Assembly (NCBI GenBank): GCA_041586955.1
Contig: JBFGZE010000094.1
Span: 1-12,013 of the forward strand
DNA from: Bacteriovoracaceae bacterium
GTDB taxonomy: Bacteria > Bdellovibrionota > Bacteriovoracia > Bacteriovoracales > Bacteriovoracaceae
Reading direction: 5' to 3'
DNA: 12,013 nucleotides
The translations under genes were made by a program, and so were the position numbers. Below the pieces are notes generated by a model that had not been told where the DNA came from, searched no databases, and saw nothing but the letters and a program-made list of their open reading frames with translations. Positions 7,096 through 12,013 of the stretch are shown here, in pieces (within the stretch, counting starts at the first letter, position 1; every line of letters starts with the position of its first letter).

Positions 7096-7899
7096 ATGAT
7101 TAATGGATTAATACCATGTTCAAAATATGTACCTCTCCATGGTGCCCTTATACTATCTATTATTGCTCAAGTTATTCTCGTTTTCGACCAAGGTTCTTCT
7201 TGGAATTCCTATTTGTTTATTGATTGGGACTTACCAGAATCCATCGCCATCTATTGTGATAGAGCTATGGCACTTATCGCTTGTATTTCGTTAAGCCTTT
7301 ATTACATCAAAGGAAAAGTCGCCTATCTTTGGCCAATTGTCTTTTGGTTAATAAGTCTTCCTTCGATATTGGCATTTACCCAAAATCATTTCGCCTACGA
7401 AATTGTTATTTTCTGCCACGCTATCCGTTTTATAGTCCCTCTCTACCTCATTTTTCAACAGGTCCTGAGCTCTCAAATAATTATATGGGGCCTGGCCATG
7501 ACTTTTATTGGTCATGGTATCGAGGCCATTATGAAACACCCCGAATTTGCAGATTATATTTTTCATGGCTGGAATAGCTTCCTATCATCAACACTAGCAC
7601 CGACACAGTCCTTAGTTCATCAAATACTTTTTGCCATTGGTATAGTCGATATAATAGTCGCCCTTGCTCTTTTCACTCGCTTTCGAAAATTAGGCCTGGC
7701 CTATATGGCGGTATGGGGTTTTCTGACGGCCGCCATCAGGCTCCACTTTGATCCACTTCTTGGCCCTTACAAAATGCTATTGCGGTCACCGCATTGGCTA
7801 ATACCTATTTATATGCTCCTTCTCGAAAAGAAGGGCCCCTCTTCCCATCTGGAGTCTTTTAATGACAAAAATTCTCAGCTTTCTCATACTCTTTCTTAG
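7096..7899 (+). CDS. Polytopic membrane protein; C-terminal half DoxX-like
   Basis: About 7-8 hydrophobic segments. Conserved-looking motifs TFIGHG, IGIVDIIVAL, MAVWGFLTAAIR and RSPHWLIP. The family assignment is tentative. Confidence 0.7.
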   Translation: MINGLIPCSKYVPLHGALILSIIAQVILVFDQGSSWNSYLFIDWDLPESIAIYCDRAMALIACISLSLYYIKGKVAYLWPIVFWLISLPSILAFTQNHFAYEIVIFCHAIRFIVPLYLIFQQVLSSQIIIWGLAMTFIGHGIEAIMKHPEFADYIFHGWNSFLSSTLAPTQSLVHQILFAIGIVDIIVALALFTRFRKLGLAYMAVWGFLTAAIRLHFDPLLGPYKMLLRSPHWLIPIYMLLLEKKGPSSHLESFNDKNSQLSHTLS

Positions 7900-9013
7900 T
7901 TTTGGAGTAGAGGCCGCGAGTCAAAATTATAATCATATTTATATGACCTGGCTGCGCTCACCTCAAACCCGGTCGATTTTGACATTTACCTCTAAAACTC
8001 TTTTTAATGCACCTATTTTAGAACTAACATCAGAAGCAGATGAAGTGCAAAAAATATCACCGCAAAATAATCATAAAATAGAAGATACGTATTTTTATCA
8101 ATACACTCTTAATCATCTAACTCCGGGTACGACCTACCAATTTCGCTGGCATCCAGATGAAACTCAAAAAATCTTCATCTTTAAGACCGCCCCAAAAGGG
8201 CTTGATTATAAACTTCTTTTAGGAGGTGATAGTCGCAGTTACCCTAAAACAAGAAGAAAGATAAATCGCTATATCAAGAAATTAATAAGTGAAGATCCAG
8301 AAATTGTCGCCTTAGTTCATGGTGGAGACTTCATTGGATCAGGTAATAATTGGCGCCAATGGCGTTCATGGCTTAATGACCTTATGCTTATGTACCCTGG
8401 CAATCGCATTATTCCGATCGTACCAACTCGCGGTAACCATGAGAAGCGATCAACTTATTTTAATGAAATATTTGGCATTAGAGGAGATGCCAACCTCCTC
8501 AAAAACTTCTACGTCAGCCAATTTCACCAATTAAGAATGATTAATCTCAATACTGACTATAGCGCCGCTGGCGAACAGAAACTGTGGCTTGAGTCTAAAC
8601 TCAAAGAGTTTCAGAATAAAAATCTCTTTGTTATCCCCAATTACCACCGTCCCGCCTTTCCGGCAGTAAAAAGTCCGAGTAAAGCTCGACAATTTTGGGT
8701 TCCTCTTTTTGAAAAGTATGGAGTACGTTTGGTTGTTGAGTCAGATGGGCATACACTTAAAAGAACTGCTCCAATCTTAAATAATAAAATAAATCTTAAA
8801 AAAGGCATTACCTATATTGGGGAAGGTGGGCTTGGCGTCAAGTTGAGAACCCCACGAGCAAGCCGCTGGTATTTAACAAGTCCCGGCTATGCCTACGCCC
8901 GATATCACGTTTTTAAACTCAGCCCCAAGGCAAAACAATTAGACATTAAAGTCTTAGTCCCCGATGAAGGGGAATTTGATAATTTTATTATTAATTACGA
9001 GGAGAATTCATGA
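7862..9013 (+). CDS. Secreted metallophosphoesterase with N-terminal FN3-like domain (purple acid phosphatase-like architecture)
   Basis: Signal peptide ending VEA-A and SD GGAG at 7851-7854. FN3 signature LNHLTPGTTYQF...FKTAP. Calcineurin-like motifs GGDSR, HGGDF, RGNHE, YHRP and ESDGH. Confidence 0.88.
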   Translation: MTKILSFLILFLSFGVEAASQNYNHIYMTWLRSPQTRSILTFTSKTLFNAPILELTSEADEVQKISPQNNHKIEDTYFYQYTLNHLTPGTTYQFRWHPDETQKIFIFKTAPKGLDYKLLLGGDSRSYPKTRRKINRYIKKLISEDPEIVALVHGGDFIGSGNNWRQWRSWLNDLMLMYPGNRIIPIVPTRGNHEKRSTYFNEIFGIRGDANLLKNFYVSQFHQLRMINLNTDYSAAGEQKLWLESKLKEFQNKNLFVIPNYHRPAFPAVKSPSKARQFWVPLFEKYGVRLVVESDGHTLKRTAPILNNKINLKKGITYIGEGGLGVKLRTPRASRWYLTSPGYAYARYHVFKLSPKAKQLDIKVLVPDEGEFDNFIINYEENS

Positions 9014-9207
9014 AGGCATTGGTCATCGACTTACAAGATTGTGAATATTTTGCATCCGAAAAGCAAACCCCTAAGATGTTAGGATTATTGTCGAAAGTCT
9101 TTCGAGATGGAGATGAAGAAATGTACGTTCAAATCGAATCACCTCAAGAAAGCTCCGGTAACACGAAAAAGCGCCATACCGTCTTCGTTAAGATACCTCA
9201 AGGTTAA
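9010..9207 (+). CDS. Hypothetical 65-aa protein
   Basis: ATGA overlap with the phosphatase stop, SD GAGGAG directly upstream, and a strong hairpin after its stop. Confidence 0.65.
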   Translation: MKALVIDLQDCEYFASEKQTPKMLGLLSKVFRDGDEEMYVQIESPQESSGNTKKRHTVFVKIPQG

Positions 9208-9223
9208 AACTACTCATCTAAAT

Positions 9224-9265
9224 TTATCTTGAATACTTTAAAATGGTTTAAGGTATTCAAGATAA
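9224..9265. terminator. 19-bp hairpin between convergent operons; probable (bidirectional) terminator or 3'-end stabiliser
   Basis: TTATCTTGAATACTTTAAA (9224-9242), loop ATGG, TTTAAGGTATTCAAGATAA (9247-9265): 18 Watson-Crick pairs plus 1 U-G. Begins 16 nt after the stop at 9207. Confidence 0.65.
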
Positions 9266-9348
9266 GCACCATTACACGTCAAACGAGGTGGTCCATCTTT
9301 TATAGCAAATTGGCGAGAGGTCTATATTCGAGAATTGTTATTTTACTA

Positions 9349-9789
9349 TTAATAAAAAAAGGGGAATAATTTTTTTGTCTCTGATTTATATTTTTTATAC
9401 TGAGGTAAGAACGAAAGATACTCCTCCTCCACTGCAATTTTTTTAAATAATAATAAGCTCAACACGATTGTTAACATAAGCCCTACCCATCCGGGGTGAA
9501 TAAAAAATGCCATCAAGGAAAGGGCGAAAAGCACAGTATACATCGGGTGCCGAATCCACCGATACGGACCTTTGCGAACAATTTCATTCCTGCGCGGGGC
9601 GGGATAAATTGAAAATTGAGACCTTAATACGTAGAGCGCCCAAAATCCCGGAATGAGGATTAACCCAAAAACTAAACAATGAATCCCCTGATACGAGAAT
9701 CGTCCATACCAAACCAAGTGGAAAGCAATTAACAAAAACTGCCCCCAGGTTAACCAAAGATCCCGCCACTTTTTTGATAGTGTTTTCAT
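9349..9789 (-). CDS. Isoprenylcysteine carboxyl methyltransferase (ICMT/PEMT)-family membrane methyltransferase
   Basis: Signature GPYRWIRHPMY, then EEEYL and YKKYK...LFPF, with several TM helices. Starts 1 nt after the DUF501 stop. Confidence 0.88.
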   Translation of the reverse strand: MKTLSKKWRDLWLTWGQFLLIAFHLVWYGRFSYQGIHCLVFGLILIPGFWALYVLRSQFSIYPAPRRNEIVRKGPYRWIRHPMYTVLFALSLMAFFIHPGWVGLMLTIVLSLLLFKKIAVEEEYLSFLPQYKKYKSETKKLFPFFY

Positions 9790-9790
9790 T

Positions 9791-10297
9791 TTATGCGAAT
9801 AACGAGGAAAACTCTTTCTCGATTAAGGCACCGACAGGGTTATAATCTGCTAAATGATGAGCATAGTGCATATGCAAACAACGGACACGAAGCAGGTCAG
9901 AAAGTCCTCCGACACCTGTATCAGCAATGACTTTAAGGTACTTCGCAAAGTCATCTTCCCTAACACTCAAAGATTCATCCCAGAGAGAGAGCCGCTCCCA
10001 TTGGTATTTTTTATGGGCCTTTAAAAGGTCAATTTGCAATTGTTGGTTATTTGGAATAATTTCATTTTCAAGAGTCTTAATAAATTGCTGCGCCTCAATT
10101 TGAGCGATAATTTTATGAATGCGCGGGCAACTCAACCAATATAAAGTAGGGAAAGGCTTCCCTTCGACAATAGGTAAACATTTGAGAACCTGAGGTATCC
10201 CCTCTGGAGACATGGAAGCGACTCCTATCATACCGCGAGGGGTGCGACCTAATTGCGCCTCAATAATCTTGATTAATTCTGGTGTCATTTTATCCAT
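9791..10297 (-). CDS. DUF501-family protein
   Basis: Motifs QLGRTPRG, PFPTLYWLSCP, GVGG, VRCLHMHYAHHLA and NPVG. An alternative start is at 10288. Confidence 0.85.
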   Translation of the reverse strand: MDKMTPELIKIIEAQLGRTPRGMIGVASMSPEGIPQVLKCLPIVEGKPFPTLYWLSCPRIHKIIAQIEAQQFIKTLENEIIPNNQQLQIDLLKAHKKYQWERLSLWDESLSVREDDFAKYLKVIADTGVGGLSDLLRVRCLHMHYAHHLADYNPVGALIEKEFSSLFA

Positions 10298-10354
10298 GCC
10301 AGGAACCTATCAAAAAAGGGGACGTGGTGGAAGGAAAAAACGAAACACACCGCA

Positions 10355-10993
10355 TTATATTTTTTTGATAATAAACATGCCATCCCTGATAGGCAAAAGG
10401 GTCGCCCATAAGTCTTCTTGTAATGCTATAAAATCGTTCACCTCTTGTAGGCCACGGGTGGAGGAATCCTCGGGGTGTTCCTCTAGAACTCGCCCTGACC
10501 ATAGTGAATTATCAAGTACGATCATCCCTTTATCAGACAAACGCTCAAGACATAATTGGACATAATTAAGATAATTTTCTTTATCTGCATCAATAAAAAC
10601 CAGATCCCAAAGTCCAGGAAGGGTTGGAATCAAGCTCAAGGCGGGACCAATTTTTGATTCAATCTTTGGGCCATGAGATGATCGTTGCCAATATTGTTGA
10701 CCAATTGCCACCGTCTCTTCATTGATATCAAGAGTCACGAGACGGCCAGTTTTAGGTAATGCCTCGGCCATCGCCAAAGCGGAATAACCAGTGAAGGTAC
10801 CAATTTCTAAAACATTTTGAGCGCCTATTAAATGAATAAAAAGCCCTAATACGGAAGCCTCCATTTCACCTATAAGCATTTGCGCCATGGGGATATTAGC
10901 GCGCGTATACTCTTCTAATTCTTTGGCCAATGGAGAGGGACAATGACTTTTATTAATACAATATTGAAGAATTTCAGGGTCAATTAGATTCAT
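10355..10993 (-). CDS. Class I SAM-dependent O-methyltransferase (caffeoyl-CoA OMT/COMT-like, Methyltransf_3)
   Basis: Motifs VLEIGTFTGYSAL, DLVFIDADKENY, DNSLWSG and PIRDG. SD GGAGGG at 11004-10999 favours the second of two tandem ATGs (10993 over 10996). Confidence 0.93.
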   Translation of the reverse strand: MNLIDPEILQYCINKSHCPSPLAKELEEYTRANIPMAQMLIGEMEASVLGLFIHLIGAQNVLEIGTFTGYSALAMAEALPKTGRLVTLDINEETVAIGQQYWQRSSHGPKIESKIGPALSLIPTLPGLWDLVFIDADKENYLNYVQLCLERLSDKGMIVLDNSLWSGRVLEEHPEDSSTRGLQEVNDFIALQEDLWATLLPIRDGMFIIKKI

Positions 10994-11012
10994 CATATCC
11001 CTCCAAAGTTTT

Positions 11013-11912
11013 TTAAATTAAATCTTTATTGATCACTAAAGAAGCCGCACCAATAATTGGGCCAACCTTCCCATCAAAGGCAGATAGTTCAATATCAATG
11101 GAGTTCTCGAAGTTATGGAAAATAATTTTCTTAAATATCTGCCAGCAGCTCTCCTGCATTAAGTCCCACGCGGGAGTTATACCACCGGCCAAAATAATTT
11201 TCTGAGGAGCAAGAATTGAGCTTAATTGAGCACAAACTTCACCCAAATACTCCCCAGTCAAAGAAAATAATTGAAGCGCCTCTTGGTTGCCATCTCTCGC
11301 GGCCGCCTCTAACTCCTTAACACTCTCACTAGGCAGGCCTAATTTTTTAGCAGTTGCTAAGATACCAAGTTTTGAGACATACATTTCAGCATGGTCAAGG
11401 CCTCCACAACCACAAACTCTCCCTTCATTTTCTCGCAAACGAATATGCCCCGCTTCACTTGCCAGGGCGTTATGGCCAATCACTAAACGGCCATTGCAGA
11501 CAATGCCAGAACCTAATCCAGTCCCCAGTGTCAAAACAATAAAATCTTTAAGTCCCTTAGCATTACCAAAAGACATTTCGCCCCAACTATAAGCATTGGC
11601 ATCATTGTGAACGGAGACAGGTAAACCGAGGGCCTTTTCTGCAATTGACTTTAATGGTGTATCACCCCATTTGATATTTGTCGCATTGGCCATCACACCA
11701 GTTCGACAATCGACATCTGGAGCAGCAATTCCCATTCCTAGGCAATTCATGTTAGCGATGGGAAAGTCTTCGGCGACCTTAATTATTAATTGCTGAAAAC
11801 TGGGATACTCATTGGTTCTATATTGGCGTTGCTGTAAAACAACGCCATTTTGCCCATCAACTAAACCGACCTTACAATTAGTACCACCAATGTCCATCCC
11901 TAAAGCAATCAT
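11013..11912 (-). CDS. ROK-family sugar kinase (glucokinase-like)
   Basis: Motifs DIGGT, NDAN, TLGTGLGSG, EAGH, CGCG and LAGG. No N-terminal HTH, so a kinase rather than a repressor. SD AGGGAG at 11924-11919. Confidence 0.93.
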   Translation of the reverse strand: MIALGMDIGGTNCKVGLVDGQNGVVLQQRQYRTNEYPSFQQLIIKVAEDFPIANMNCLGMGIAAPDVDCRTGVMANATNIKWGDTPLKSIAEKALGLPVSVHNDANAYSWGEMSFGNAKGLKDFIVLTLGTGLGSGIVCNGRLVIGHNALASEAGHIRLRENEGRVCGCGGLDHAEMYVSKLGILATAKKLGLPSESVKELEAAARDGNQEALQLFSLTGEYLGEVCAQLSSILAPQKIILAGGITPAWDLMQESCWQIFKKIIFHNFENSIDIELSAFDGKVGPIIGAASLVINKDLI

Positions 11913-12013
11913 GATATACTCCCTTCAAAGGATCAATTTCAAGAAATTAAAGACCAACCTAAATAAAAAACGAAATGATTATTAGAGGTACTCAATTTAA
12001 TCTGAGACCAAGA

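Noticed and set aside
718..11592. Remaining short ORFs in the six-frame track (for example 718-930, 1286-1642, 3769-4146, 7281-7577, 10212-10565, 10290-10502, 11287-11592)
   Set aside because: They overlap well-supported genes on the opposite strand or in another frame and show no recognisable motifs, so they are treated as shadow ORFs.
1..12013. CRISPR array, tRNA/rRNA, prophage, transposase or known defence system
   Set aside because: I found no regularly spaced direct repeats, no tRNA cloverleaf or rRNA sequence, and no matching protein families. The TatD and ThiF-like genes have housekeeping signatures and lack Qat or CBASS partner genes.

Overview
AT-rich bacterial chromosomal window (roughly 37-40% GC by eye) of mostly housekeeping and accessory genes. 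I see no mobile element, CRISPR array, rRNA or tRNA. Left to right: the 5' end of a secreted-protein gene on the minus strand, preceded by a 39-aa small ORF missing from the ORF track; a ~435-bp divergent intergenic region containing nested inverted repeats; a ung-tcdA-tatD operon; a two-TM hypothetical protein; an MFS transporter divergent from an orphan PhoB/OmpR-type response regulator with a degenerate DNA-binding domain; a secreted DUF4430-like protein convergent with a single-domain CheY-like receiver; a three-gene unit (membrane protein, secreted FN3 + metallophosphoesterase, 65-aa protein) ending in a 19-bp hairpin; and a minus-strand operon (ROK kinase, O-methyltransferase, DUF501, ICMT-family methyltransferase). 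A Bdellovibrionota-like origin is my impression only and is unverified. No complete novel system can be proven from sequence alone. The best leads are the nested inverted-repeat element at 385-551, the small ORF at 75-194, the strong GGCC over-representation with a 2.1-kb GGCC-free gap, and DUF501 sitting between two methyltransferases.
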